Below are positions 1 through 14,230 of a stretch of DNA of 64,000 bases, piece by piece. Source of the DNA: Octopus sinensis (Eukaryota); the NCBI RefSeq assembly GCF_006345805.1, contig NC_042998.1, forward strand, positions 191,642,001 through 191,706,000. Direction: 5' to 3'. The notes beneath the pieces are model-generated. The model was not told the DNA's origin and made no database searches. It saw nothing but the letters and a program-made list of their open reading frames with translations. The position numbers and the translations under genes are program-made. How positions within the stretch are numbered: the stretch's first letter is position 1; each line of letters begins with the position of its first letter.

Positions 1-207
1 AGACATTGGAGTAGCGTTAAGTTTTAACGGTGGACATAGGAGTAGCGGTAAAGTTTAACGGTAGACATAGGACTAGCGGTAAGATTTAACAGCAGACATT
101 GGACTAGCGGTAATATTTAACGGTAGACATTGGAGTAGCGGTAAGTTTTAACGGTGGACATAGGAGTAGCGTTAAGATTCAACGGTAGACATTGGAACAG
201 CGGTAAG
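1..207. repeat. 31-bp minisatellite, about 6.5 copies, runs off the window start
   Basis: Unit agacattggagtagcggtaagttttaacggt repeated with substitutions. Confidence 0.9.
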
Positions 208-559
208 ACCAACTATATTTTTCGGAAACGATTCATTGTATAGTGCGATGAGCATAAATATTTTCCACAAATAAAGATCCTTGTATCTAATGAATAATGT
301 TCCTTGACCTCCTTTACAAATATCTATTTTCTGTATTTATATCGCAATTTGTGAACAAATGCTTCATTAGTTACAGGTTTCCAGATGCGCCAATAACTAT
401 TAGTGCCATCCCAAACAGTTAAGGTGACAAGGAAGTGTCTAGCCGCAAGAAAAGATTTCGTCCGTCAAGTACCATTTACAATTGAAGAGAGGGGAAGTGA
501 TTGTACTTAAACAGAGAGTAAGGGCTAATATTTAAGCTTGATTTTGCATGTGGGGGTCT

Positions 560-1740
560 TATGTAATTCATTTAGCCGGTTGTGTAAACGTAACGAAGAA
601 TCAATATACATAAATAGGAGCACCAATCATCCACCAAGTATCATACATCTCATTGCATTAACAGATGCATGTACAAAACATCACGAGCAGAGATGTAGTT
701 AACAAACTAGCTCAAAAACTAATAGCAGCAAACTTAAATGCAACCAATACTTAAAATGTATCCACAACTGATCAGGAAACCTTCCATTTCACAGGTATGC
801 CATAATAAATCTCATAAAACCTGAATTCCGTTCTGTTAAGGCAGCAAGGGGAATATAGATTTACACACAACTAATCACAAGCAAAGATTTGTAATCGTCA
901 ACAACCGACCCACCTCGAAAGTAATTTCAGCGATATGTCTAGATACCCTCTGGAAAAGAAGTGCTTGTTAAACAAACCGTATGCAGGGTAAATATAGAAT
1001 CGGTAGATTGTACATTAAAACCATAAACCAGTTTGATCCATATTTAAAATGCATATCTTTAAGTCTCAAAATGTGCACGACATCTCTTGTAAAACATTGA
1101 AGTTTGGAGAACGGAGAGAGCAACCTCAAAACAAATAGGAGTAATGTAAGAGCGGCGAACTGGCACAATCGTTAGCCGGGCGAAATGCTTAGCGGTATTT
1201 CGTCTGCCGTTACGTTCTGAGTTCAAATTCCGCCGAGGTCGACTTTGCCTTTCATCCTTTCGGGGTCGATTAAATAAGTACCAGTTACACACTGGGGTCG
1301 ATGTAATCGGCTTAATCACTTTGTCTGTCCTTGTTTGTCTCCTCTGTTTGTCTCCTCTTGTTTAGCCCTTTGTGGGCAATAAAGAAATAAATAGGAGTAA
1401 TGTCGAAGACAAAGTCAGTCAATGGTCGGGACGCCTGTTAAATCTATGTGCTATCGAAATGCTCAAGGTCTTGGTTGTACCTGGTTGTATATAAGAGAAA
1501 TGAAACATCATCATGCGTATATGTAGAAAAATGTAAACTCCTACAGCCCCCCGCTATTTTCAACACCAATGGACGTCAAACTACAAACTGTTTGAACTCA
1601 CTACCAATGTCTTTGGGTTCCGAGTTCAGGCAGTCTGATACTAAGACGAGATATCAAGTGCAATTACTCCTCCCCTCTTCAGAAAAAATATCATGTTATT
1701 GAGCGCTGACAAATATTCCACACAGAAAATGATATCAACC
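560..1740 (+). mobile_element. Decayed Penelope-like retroelement (RT C-terminus/GIY-YIG remnant), interrupted by a SINE
   Basis: Translates STNHPPSII near 620 (Penelope SNHPP motif) and LVVYK...CVYV near 1480-1530 (GIY-YIG-like); many stops and frameshifts. Confidence 0.45.
1149..1390 (+). mobile_element. tRNA-derived SINE, family A
   Basis: B-box-like gagttcaaattcc, core gtcgactttgcctttcatcctttcggggtcgat, tail gtgggcaataaagaaat; flanked by direct repeat aaataggagtaatgt (TSD). Confidence 0.9.
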
Positions 1741-2319
1741 TATGAAAAAATCGTAGTTATATTCTTTCAATTATAATAGCTATTATTTTTATTATTTAGG
1801 ATAGCTTTTGGGTTAAATTTTGCCAAGTATTATTTTTGTAAATCATATCTGATAATTTTCGCATAAAGTGTTGCTTTCGTCTAAGCTAATTTAAATTCCA
1901 AACCAGGCAAAGTTGTGCTTTGTTTAAAAACGTTCTATTTTGTAGGGAGTTTTATTATTTTTTACGATTAACTAAAGTAGTTCCTCTGAATCGATGAAAT
2001 ACCAAAGCCAAATCTCGTTGCAGCAAGTGAACGATGCATTCACATAAAGATCCGAATTGCATCTTAAGCAGAAATTCTATAACCTGTTGTTAAAATGCTT
2101 CTGGTTGCAATTCGCGATAGAAACTTACTCAAGAATCAACACCTTACAATAATAGCTATTGAAGTAATCTTCACATAACAGACAACATCCACATACACAC
2201 ACACACACAGACACACACACACAGACACACACACAGACACACACGTACACTCACACACCTATATATTTACATAAATGTATATCTATATATATATCATATA
2301 GACATGTATGTATGCATAT

Positions 2320-3046
<727 letters not shown>

Positions 3047-3247
3047 TATTAAAAAGTGATAACAAAAGAATGAGACCTCGATATTAGGTAAATAGAGGAT
3101 ATTTATAAATGTATAGTTTAGGACAATGAATAAGTTGTCATAACGATACTCGGAGTTTCAAATGCCGAAGCTACGAGCTATGGTGCATTCTCATTGGCTA
3201 TTAATGGCAACAGACACTATAAAAATCCCCTGAATAAAAGTGAAGTT

Positions 3248-3610
3248 ACTCTAATAGGTAGGAAAAATATAAAAGGTAAAAAATAAAAAGGATAAGAACT
3301 ACACGCAACCTTATTCTCGAAATACATAAAACCTCCTGCGTTCATAACGTACGCACTCGCACAAACATGTATATGTACATTCCCCCCCACACACAAACAT
3401 ATATATATGTGTGTGTGTATGGATAAGTGTATGAGTAAGTAATGCACATATGTTTGTGTGTATGGACATGTACATATACATGTTTTTGTGTGTACGTATA
3501 GACGTTACGAACGCAGGAGGTTTTATGTCTATGTATTGTGAGAATATAGTTGCGTGTATTTTTAATCTTTTTTATTTTTTTATATTTTATATTTTTCCTA
3601 CCTATTAGAG

Positions 3611-3612
<2 letters not shown>
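3248..3612. repeat. Imperfect fold-back inverted repeat
   Basis: tactctaataggtaggaaaaatataaaa vs ttttatatttttcctacctattagagta, plus internal aaaacctcctgcgtt / aacgcaggaggtttt. Confidence 0.85.
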
Positions 3613-3646
<34 letters not shown>

Positions 3647-3745
3647 ATATATATATACCATTTAGATATTCCATCAAGCTTACAAGTTTACAATTTCGCA
3701 CACCAACACACGCATATATACATATGCAAATATGTGTACATATTA

Positions 3746-3797
<52 letters not shown>

Positions 3798-4939
3798 GTA
3801 TGCATATGTATATATGCATGTGATGGTGTGCGAAATTGTAAGCTTGTAAATGATATAAGGAGAGTTTCAATTCCTTGGATATTTTAATACCAATTTAATC
3901 GGAAATTGAATCCCTCATAACTGATATATTTTCATTCCATGTTTCATGAAAGACCTCGGAATTCTGATGAACCATTGGAGCCAGTAGCCATGCCCTTATA
4001 GTTGCCTGAAGGCATAGAATCCTTTTCGAATACTTTTGGACTTAGTGACAAAACCCCAGAATGAGACAGAGAGAGAGAGAGATAGGGTAAAAGTGAGAAA
4101 GACAGAGAGAGAGGGGGAGAAAGAGTGAGAAAGATGGAAAGAGAGAGAGGGGATAAAGAGAGAGAGAGAGAGAAAAAGAGAGAGAGAGAGCTGTGTTAGC
4201 GCTCGGCCGACACTCCTTTTCCGTTTAGGAAACTATAGCAAGGGAAATGACGGCTCCTGGCCCAGAAACTCAGGACGGTAATGTATGATCGTCCGCTCAA
4301 CGTTAACAAAATGGCTGAATCTTAGTCTGGGTAGGTGACACTGCAAGCTAATTTTAGAAGTAATGACACCATTTTCTACAACATGAAACTTTCTCCATAA
4401 CAAAACACAGTGAATGGCTGTATTACAAGTTCAAATATGTTGTTGATCCATTTCCTTAAATCTTTAAGTTACGGGGACGAAAACACACCGACACCAGACA
4501 AACATAGATATAAAGACAAACATACACACATATAGATAATGGTATATGTCTGTATATATATGTATATAGATATGTGTCAGTATATAAATGTACAAATATA
4601 TGTGTATGTGTGTGAGTGTGCGTATGTATGTATGTATGTATGAATGTATGTATGTATGTATGTAGTTGTTTATTTTACACAAAGTTTGGTAGGTTTGTGT
4701 TAGAACTGTCATGGAACTAGTTAAAGAGTACATTAGTTTAATTTAACTAGTAATGATTTATGTAAGAAACCAGGTCTTCAGTAACTGACATATGAAAACA
4801 AGTGAAATCATATGTAAGCATCTACATGCATAAATACATACATACAAACATACATACATACATACATACAAACATACATACATACATACATACATACATA
4901 CATACATAAAAACGCACACACACACACACACAAACACAC

Positions 4940-4980
<41 letters not shown>

Positions 4981-5199
4981 CTCATAATTGTGCGTAAATA
5001 ATTACCTGATCCTATCTATAAGCATATACAAGCTCTGACTGACATGCATGCATGCATGCATAATTGCGTCTGCACTTAATCGGTACAGACACTCATATGC
5101 AATTCTATATACATACGCACATACATACATACATATACACAAATACGTGCGCGCGCACGCACACCTGCATTTATACATTGATATTCATATATATATATA

Positions 5200-5259
<60 letters not shown>

Positions 5260-6361
5260 ATATATATATAAATATATGTATATATATATATATATAATTA
5301 TATGCATACATATAATTTTATATTTCACTTATTTCACTTCTATTTTATTGCCTTGTTGCCATCAGCGTTAGTGCTTTCTTTATTATTCTGAACACATTTT
5401 CCTGTCTTTTCTATTTATTTGTGGTATAAGGAATATAAGAGAATACAGGAAAAGAAATCTTTGTAGTAGAAGGGCTTTTCAAGATGAAATTAATTAAGAA
5501 ATGCTAAAAGTAGAGTTCTACACTTATATTGAAAAGCTATTAGGGAACTTAAACTGCAAATCTTTCAGAGAAGAAAATAAACCGTCAAAGATTCAATAGT
5601 TTCTTTCATTTCAGAATACATTAGCTAGCCTTGGATTTCCCAGCTCCTCCTGAAATGTATGAGAAAATGTACAGAGATGTGTCAGTGTTATGTTCATTTC
5701 AATTATGAATATTTCACATAACTTCTTATTTCTCAAATTACTTTATTGAAATTAATTTTATACAAGAACAACGACAGCAACATTAATAACAGCAATATCA
5801 TCAATCATTTTATGGTGATGACTTGTACGAAAACAACTTGTTCACTATTCAAAGAAGAGATAACATGTCATATGATTCCACTTAGATTTATATTTACATT
5901 TAAATGTATCAGGAATTGATTGTCTTAAATGTAGGTTTTTTTTCTTTCTTTTCTTGGTTGCTAATAAAATAAATAATTCAAATATTAATAGATTGGCAAC
6001 AGTTCTAGGACAATAGCGAATGAATTGCTTATGCAAATATCTTATTTTGAATAATGAATCCTATTACTTTCTTGTGTGTACATAACGTGCTTCTGGGACA
6101 GTATGATGACTAACCTGAATATACATATAGCTTCATTTCGGAATTAAGAAATATTTGTCTTACCTTAATTATCTAATATACGTGCCCTGGATCCTGTAGA
6201 AAGTGCAGATTTTAACGAATTACTACATAGATGCCGTAGGAGTTTTCCGGTTGATGTAATATCCCCCTTCTATATGTTTGGCCTCCAATATTTACACTGG
6301 GTGTTATTTTTCACTGAGTGTTACCTTTCACAGAAGTTATATACATATAAAGTAAAATATA

Positions 6362-6575
6362 TATTTCTTTACTAGCCACAAGGGGCTAAACACAGAGAGA
6401 ACAAACAAGGACAGACAAACGGATTAAGTAGATTACATCCACCCTAGTGTGTAATTGGTACTTAATTTATCAACCCCGCAAAAATGAATGACAAAGTCGA
6501 CCTTGGCGAAATTTGAACTCAGAACGTAACGTCAGACGAAATACGGCTACGCATTTCGCCTGGCTCGCCGCCTTT
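6362..6575 (-). mobile_element. SINE family A
   Basis: Reverse complement of the 1149 element; TSD aagtaaaatata. Confidence 0.85.
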
Positions 6576-7239
6576 ATTAAGTAAAATATACTAAATAAAA
6601 CAATCCATTTTTAATAGACCTTTCTAATATCGGTAGACATATATTCATAAACCTATCGTAATGAAGCTCTATGACCGTACACCTTTAATTTGATTTTGGC
6701 TATGTTCACTATAAGCTCATTTTGGAGAACTGAATTAAGCAGTAGAGGGCCCTATCAACAATTATGTCATTGCTACAAACACATGGATTTCTAATATACT
6801 GTTTAGTAGTTGAATCTAAATAAATCAGTGTTTAATATATTGATTGGTTCTCTTGCTTCACAAGTGATTTAAAATGTAATTCAACCATTTTATTATTTTC
6901 CTGAATAGTTCACTTTATCCTGCATTTATTCAACTTACAAGCATGGAACAAGGATATTATATGAGCATGGGAATAAGGATATTATATGTGCACCCGAAAT
7001 GTTGCACATCTGTTGACAGATCATAAAACGTGTCATAGGCTCCATTGTTTGGCTGAGCTTGATAAAAGAAAATGGTGTGTGTGTCTTAATTTGGAGGTTA
7101 CTATGTGAATTAAAGGCCTTTTACTGTTTCTAGCCAGAAGATTTTACTTTTCACTGACTTAGTTTACATCTCTGCTGGATAGGAGTATCAAATTTTCGAA
7201 AAAAATGTTCTCCATCGATATATATATATATAGTTTGGT

Positions 7240-7537
7240 GTTTGTTCCTTCTCGAGCCACGCCTGGCTTATAGGGCCCGTTTCCCGCTTTCCTTGGTGTA
7301 TACGTTCCCCACCTGGACGGGACGCCGCTCCGTCGCAGGTGAGCTGCAAGATGCAGGAGGAAAGAGCGAGAGAAAGTTGTGGAAAAAGAGTCAGCAGAAG
7401 TTTGCCATTACCTTCTGCCGGAGCCGCGTGGAGCTTAGGTGTTTCACTCATAAAAACACATTGCCGCGTTTGAGATTCGCATCCGTGATCTATCGCCCGC
7501 GATTCCGCTGCTCTAACCACTAGCGATGTGCCTCCAC
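7240..7537 (-). mobile_element. tRNA-derived SINE, family C (tail type 1)
   Basis: Minus-strand head gtggaggcacat..tagtggttagagcagcgg (A-box) with a B-box-like segment; close copy at 49480-49782. Confidence 0.85.
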
Positions 7538-8294
7538 ATGTATGTATGTATGTATGTATGTATGTATTCTCCCGTAAAATGAAGCTATAGACACTGCTTA
7601 TAATACTAATGAATGTCATGAATTTTTGTTTGTTTTTTGTAATATTGTCAATCATAGAAAACTGATTTCACATACTAGTGTATCTTTATTAACATAAACA
7701 TACTGCAGTAAAAAAAAAAAAAAATTATAAACAAAAACAAGTAAGACCGAAATTTTGCTTTACTGCAATATAATATCTATCCTATTTGTATGCAAGCCAT
7801 TGTTTCAGCGCTGAGAATAATTTATCAGATTGTCTCATATGAGATATGCTGAAATAAATAATTTAAGATAAATGGTTCCGAGCAACGTAGAACGAATATG
7901 ACAAGTACTGTTATCAAATTTTCACATCCGTAACGAACATTTTAAAGTAGCCTGTAGTAGTTCAAGTTAAGAACTGGAGGTACAGATGAATATTTCTTTA
8001 GAAGAAGCTGCTGCTTCCGCTTAATATATGCCCAGAAAATGGAAAAAAGTAAGCCTTTCAGAAGAGCTAGGATGTTGAGCTGATTTGAATTGATAAAGTG
8101 TTTTGCTCTAAACTTCTGATAGTAATCCTGGTTGCTTTTTCTATCTCCCTTTTTCTTCTTTTTTTTCTGACCGAATTAAGAACTTCTTAGGAGGGCCAAT
8201 ATAATATTTTTTACAAAAAAGCTATTAAAACATCTTCGATTAATAATTCATCAACATTTGACATATTAATGAATATTTGCCGCTGCATTCAAGA

Positions 8295-8500
8295 CAGCGA
8301 GCTGACACAATCGTAACCGCGCGGGTAAAACTGCTTAGTAACATTTTTTTCCGATTTTACTTTTTGAGATCAAATGCCTCCGAGGTCGATTTTGCCGTTT
8401 CATCCTTTCTGAGTCGATAAAATAAGTAACCATGTACGATGTCATCAACTTACTTTCTTCGTCAAAACTCCTGGCCTGGTGCCAAAACTTGAAACCAATA
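8295..8500 (+). mobile_element. Degenerate SINE family A
   Basis: gaggtcgattttgccgtttcatcctttctgagtcgataaaataagta core. Confidence 0.65.
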
Positions 8501-9062
8501 ACTGGTCGGCATTTAAATTATAATTACACTTGCAATCCCCTGTGTTATTAGCCTTTGACCCTGGCTAGAGTCTGAATACTCAGACACACGGACAAAGGTG
8601 TTTTGGCTATGATTCTCCCGTAGACATGGTTATTTAGGAAAATATGTGTAATACGTCCTTTTTTAAAGATAATACGGTGTAAATTGAAGGAACTTTAGGT
8701 ACAATGTTTTAGAGGTTGAGCGACGATGTAGACACAAGAACGGCTCGAAAAGGCAAGTGCATCAAGTTTGGTCTTTTGGGTGAAGAATGACAAATTACTG
8801 AACAGTTTATCGATCCGAATAACACACCGGTCTTCACACACTACAGTTTTCAAAAACCTGTGGGAAAGTCAGATGAAAAGTGAGAAAGTAGAGTCGATGG
8901 AATTGGAGCCTGGCACCACCTGCATTGAATTATGTAGCTCATAATCATGTGGTCTTTAATTGTAAATGTTAGACGATGTAATTTATTATTCTATCAGTTG
9001 AAATTGAACGTAACCGGTATCAAAAACATACAATTTTATTTCAACGTTAATTCGCAATACAT

Positions 9063-9270
9063 TAGGCCTGCGAGCTGGCAGAATCGCAGTATTTCGTCTG
9101 CTGCTACGTTCTGAGTTCAAATTCCGCCGAGGTCGACTTTGCCTTTCATCCTTTCGGGGTCGATAAATTAAGTACCAGTTACGCACTGGAGTCGATGTAA
9201 TCGACTTAATCCGTTTGTCTGTCCTTGTTTGTCCTCTCTGTGTTTAGCCCCTTGTGGGTAGTAAAAAAAA
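9063..9270 (+). mobile_element. SINE family A
   Basis: Same core and tail as the 1149 copy; imperfect TSD gttaattcg..aata. Confidence 0.88.
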
Positions 9271-9490
9271 CAGGTTAATTCGTAATATACAAAATGAAAG
9301 AAACTGCTGTCTTGAAGATAAAGAAGAATAAGTGAAGTGAAAGAAATTGCGATGAACATATGAGAGTGTTCTGAAAAACATCATTTGCGCTGAAAATTTC
9401 ATAGGCTCTCGAATTTTATATTTGTACTTATGGCAAAAACTCATTTACTGTCCGGGTGTAGTGCATGGTGGATTCCATATACTTGCAGTA

Positions 9491-10385
9491 CGAGGGTGGG
9501 TTGAAAAGTTTATGAAAGAATGATAGCTTGCATGTATTGATTTCAACTGTTCGTATTAATAGCGTTTTGCTTTATTCCAGATAAGATGACATCTTACTGT
9601 CCAAAGAAGATTTCAAAAGTGACTAGCCGCAACCTCTCTTGAAAATCAACAAAATCTGGCATCGTGAATCAAGTATCAGCAAAAAAAGCGTTTAGCCCCA
9701 ATGGACATTAATGCTGAGAGGATTGCTACATTACGGAGCGATTCTTCGGCTTTATCAAAACTGCAAAAGTGGGTAGCTGAACTTAGGAGGGGATTGGAAA
9801 GTCTTGAAAATGATCAAAGTTTGGACGTCTGCAACTGCTATCACCGAGGAAAACATTGATTGTGTTTACCAAATGTTGATTGTCAAGCGATTGACTATAA
9901 ATCAAACAGCAAATGCTATTAGCATATCTCGTAAGAGAGTTGAGAAAGTTCTGCACTATGAACTTGGCAAGATGAAGGTTTCTGTTCGGTTGGTGTCACG
10001 TCTTCTGACACCTGCTCACAAACGAAGCAGGCTGATCGCATCAAGGAAAAATATGACACTGAGACAGATCCAGTTGGTTTCTTGAATGTTTACTAAGTGA
10101 GAATGAATGTTAAATTCATGACTTTGAGCCAGAAACAAGCCATGCACTAGAATTACCCTCTCCACCTCCAAAGATGGCCATGGTCGATTCATCGACAGGG
10201 AAGATGGTGACTTCAGTATTTTGGGATTCAAGAAGCATTGTGTCTGTTGGCTGTCTTTTACAGGGCCACACCATCAATGGAGAGTACAATGTCAAATTTC
10301 TGAAGCAGCTACGAAATGATATTAAAACCAAACGTTTAAGAAAAGTGACGGTTCTCGTTTCATCAGGACAATGTTTCAACGCATA
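9491..10385 (+). mobile_element. Decayed, 3'-truncated mariner transposon
   Basis: TA plus TIR cgagggtgggttgaaaagtt; fragments KVSVRLVSRLLT (WVPRLL-like), GKMVTSVFWDSRSIV and TINGEYNVKFLKQLR; same family as 33611-34871. Confidence 0.85.
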
Positions 10386-10473
10386 AACAAGTAAAAGAAA
10401 CTAATTTATGTTTTGAAAGCTTCAGTTATTTCTGAATTTTTAATAAAACGGATTAACTTTAATAACTTAATAT

Positions 10474-10782
10474 CACGTGATCACGTGACCGACCAGACCA
10501 TCAGATGTTGTTACACATCGCTGGTCACAATGCGTTCGCATTGTTTTAGCCTTCAAATGACGCCACCCCGCTGGCTAAGCGAGCAGGCCAACAGAAGAAA
10601 GAGTGGGAGAAAGAGTGGTGAAAGAGTACAGCAGGGATCACCACCACCCCCTGCCGGAGCTTCGTGGAGCTTTTAGGTGTTTTCGCTCAATAAACATTCA
10701 CAACGCCCGGTCTGGGAATCGAAACCTCGATCCTGCGACCGCGAGTCCGCTGCCCTAACCACACTAGGCCATTGTGCCTCCA
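10474..10782 (-). mobile_element. SINE family C (tail type 2)
   Basis: tRNA-like head at the 10782 end; TSD taataacttaatat on both sides. Confidence 0.85.
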
Positions 10783-12907
10783 TAATAACTTAATATAAGT
10801 TATACTATTCAAATGTAGACTTCATGCTAAAAGTGTCAGCTGGGCGAAAACCGTTTCTTATGGCCTCCAATGCATGTTGGAAATCACAGGCACGAAGAAC
10901 AATGGAAATTAAATAAACCAACCAGTCAGTAATTGAAACCATGAGAACTATGTATATACAAATATTTGAGAAAAATATTTGTAGAAATATTAATCGTTGA
11001 GTGTACAGTTTAAAATTGACGTATGGGGAACTGAAACAATCTGACACTAATTTTAGTCGCCTTAGACCAAATATAAAAAATATCGAAGAAAAAATCACAA
11101 ACTGATTCACTCTTCACACTGTTTTATAGACCTGCCATCTGTCGAAGCAGTTACTTACATCCATTGTAAATTCAAATTTTAATGCTGAAACAAGAATCGT
11201 TCGATAAAATGTGATTATATCTCAAGTATCTAGGCTGCTTTTAATGACTCTTTATACTTATGCAGTCTACAGGAAACGAATATTTTTCATCGCTGTTGCA
11301 ATTGCCATTCCTTTAGGTTCAGAATAATGCAGGTTTTTAGTAATTCCATTATAGTTTAACGATTCTAAATCAAATGTAAAAGTCACTTTTTTGTATTCCA
11401 CTACTGAGATTTTAGGTGATTTCCTTCTCTGATTTCAAGCTATATATGTTTCAGTGACTGCCAAACGGAAGATCACATATCGGCTTTCTGGCATTAAAAG
11501 TAAGTTCTTATTTTACGAAGGTAAGTTTTTACACATGTCTTGTGATATAGAGGGACATTTTTGAATCAACATGCACCTTTTAAGACTACAAAATTCGACA
11601 TTGAAAAGAATCATTCTATGTTGGCTCGTCTTATTTGATTTTGAATATATATTAGATGCATACACAAACATAGGCTTCTTGGCTTCTCCTTGCTCTTTCT
11701 ATTGATTTATAATCGTAGGATGAGCACTTCTTATGAGATTTTTCAGGGCCAGCATGATTTTCGAGAAATTGGTCCGAATGTTTTTAGCAAGTGATTGCGT
11801 TAAACTTACGAGAGATGAAGTTCCATGTATAAGAATAATTTTTCGATGGGTTTCCAGACAGTTTTCGCTTACCAAATTTCCCTTCAGGGGCTTTGATCGA
11901 CCCCTTATAAAAGACAATATCCGGCAGTACTGTGCCGTAGGTTAAACTCGAAACAATGTAGCTTGTCAAGCAAACATTTTAGCTACAATACCATGATTTC
12001 TCTTAAATTGTATCTCATTTATAGATTTGTTTTGTGTCTTGGGTAAGACTATTAAATTACTTTGATTAATGTTTGTATGTTATGCTAAGAAAGAAAGAAC
12101 GAAATAAATCTTCATATTTTCACATGAGATTTCGTCTACCACTCCTTATTGTTTATTCAATTCTCGGTTTATGTAGAATTTCTAACTTGTCTCTTTTAGA
12201 TAATCCGAACTGGAAAAGGAATATACTAACCTATGAAGCGCTTAGTGTGTTAGTGAATGAATTCGATATAACTGCAAACATGAGATAGGTGTAAAATTTG
12301 CGTCGTCGTCGTCATAGTAGTTCTTTCTTCTCGGTGTGATAAAGTCGTTATGTGATGTCTGTATGGTTATATATATGTGACTCATTAGTTTTTCCTTGTT
12401 GGTGTCTATTGCTGTGTAGTTCAATAAATTTAACTTTTTGCTGGTGTTGAGATGTGTGATCTGAAAGATGTATAAATGGATTGGGTTGTGCACGTGATGG
12501 TGATGTTTGTGATAGTGGTGGTGATGATGGTAGTGATGGGGATGATGTTGTTGGCGGTACTGGTGTGGCTGCTGTTGGGAGAAGTATTAAAGAATTTGTT
12601 TTCGATGGTCATACCTGCCAGTTTTTGGTGTTGATGTCGCTGTTGGTTCGTTTCTTTTACTTTTGTTTGATCTCGAAACCATTTGCCAATTTGGGTCGTC
12701 GCAAGATATGTCTCATTGCTCCGAACATGGGAGGAACAAATCGTTCGAGAATTTTGTGGGTTTTTCGTTGATAAAGTTGTTGTTTTGTTGGGGTGAAGAG
12801 AGTGTTATGATGCTGCAGTTGTTGCTTTGTTTGTTTGTTTGTTTGTTGAGCGAAGCGGTTTTCGTCCCTTGGGAGAAGTCCGAAACGTTGGTCCTTTGTT
12901 ATTCGTA

Positions 12908-13207
12908 AGACCCGCAGAAGAGAAAGCAGGTCAACCCTCGACACCAAGACCATCGACAGATGGATGAATGCGCATCCAGGCTCAGCAGTTGCGTAGGAAG
13001 TCGGGGACAAGAAACAGGAAGAAAGAGTGAGAGAAAGTTGGAGCGAAAGAGTACAACAGGTGCCGCCACCACCCACTGCCGGAGCCTAGTGGAGCTTTAG
13101 GTGTTTATTCGCTCAATAAACACACAAAGCGCCTGGTCTGGGAATCGAATCCGTGACCCTCCGATCGCGGCTCCGCTGCCCTAACCACTGGGCCATTGCG
13201 CCTCCAC
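12908..13207 (-). mobile_element. SINE family C (tail type 3)
   Basis: Same head and core (gtggaggcgcaatggcccagtggttagggcagcgg...gattcccagacc) with a different 3' tail. Confidence 0.85.
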
Positions 13208-13419
13208 TTGCTGTTGTTGCTGCCTTCTATGTTGGTGATTTGTCTGCTGTTCTTTCCACTGTTGTTCGCGATTTTGTTGCTGTACTGCTGTCGGTGCTTC
13301 CGTGATTGCAATTGGTGCCACTACTGTTACTGTTGTTTTTGCAGTTGTAGTCACCTGCCTCTTCTAGTGATGTTGTTGTTGTTGTGATGGTGGTGGTGGT
13401 TGTAGTGTCGGCAAAATTA

Positions 13420-14230
13420 GGGAGCTCACTTCACTCTTTTGTTGCGGGCAGAAAGCTTTGAGGGGGTTTGTGTCCCCTCGCAGGTGACATCTTAGCTTAC
13501 TGCCCTCAACAGCCACGTAAAGCTTTGTGCTATCCGGTAGGCTTACTTAGACCAGGATAGCCTCAATTTTGCCTTTTTCTGCTTCTATAAGCCCTGTCCT
13601 AACCGGTTCGGTTTGTGTATCTTCTGTTTCCGCAAATTCGTAGTTTGGTCTTCTATGTCGAGGAGAATTGCAGTATAGTATTCTAACTTTGAGCACTCTT
13701 CGAACAAGAGAGATGGGGATGCTGATTAGTTCCTCAGTCGTTACGGTAGATGTCGAGTGATTTCTGGTCTCTTCCTCTGAGGCGAATCTCACCTTGACAG
13801 TTCCATAATTCTTCCCCCTGGTTATATAGGTTTTGCTTTTCCAAACTGGTTTTAGGCATTTCTGTATTTGCTACTGTGTTGCCTGCTCCACTTTTCTACT
13901 TTTAGCTCAAATTGTTTTATATAGAATTGTTGGCAAATTAATTTCTTGCTGGACAATTCCAGGAATGATTAGTGCCACATTTCTCCCACATTTCTCCAAC
14001 ATACATTTTGCAATCTTGAATTCATTTTCGTCTATAAAAGTGTCTTCACTTAATTCTCTGGTCGCTCTCGCAAAATCTAAACTGTTTAGACTGGAATTGC
14101 ATGTCTCGTTTTCGTTGTTGTCTTTCTCGTTAGTAACGTTAGTAATGGGGATGTACCTGCTACTGGTACCGAAGTTGGCGATGGACGTGGTAGCGTTCTC
14201 GCTTGTGTTGTCACTTTTTGTCATTAATTT
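13420..14230 (-). pseudogene. Degenerate LINE ORF1 (L1/Tx1-type gag-like) with eroded zinc knuckle
   Basis: Fragments ...VRFASEEETRNHST...RRVLKVRI...LYVAVEGSKLRCHLRGDTNPLKAFCP resemble CX2CX4HX4C; in-frame stops and frameshifts. Confidence 0.6.

Noticed and set aside
1-207. CRISPR-like periodicity
   Set aside because: Contiguous tandem units without unique spacers, eukaryotic context, no cas genes
5600-5665. Strong acceptor tttctttcatttcag with short frame NTLASLGFPSSS*
   Set aside because: Isolated, with no partner exon or recognisable homology
13130-13207. tRNA-like sequences at SINE heads
   Set aside because: A/B boxes are present but continue into SINE bodies; not bona fide tRNA genes
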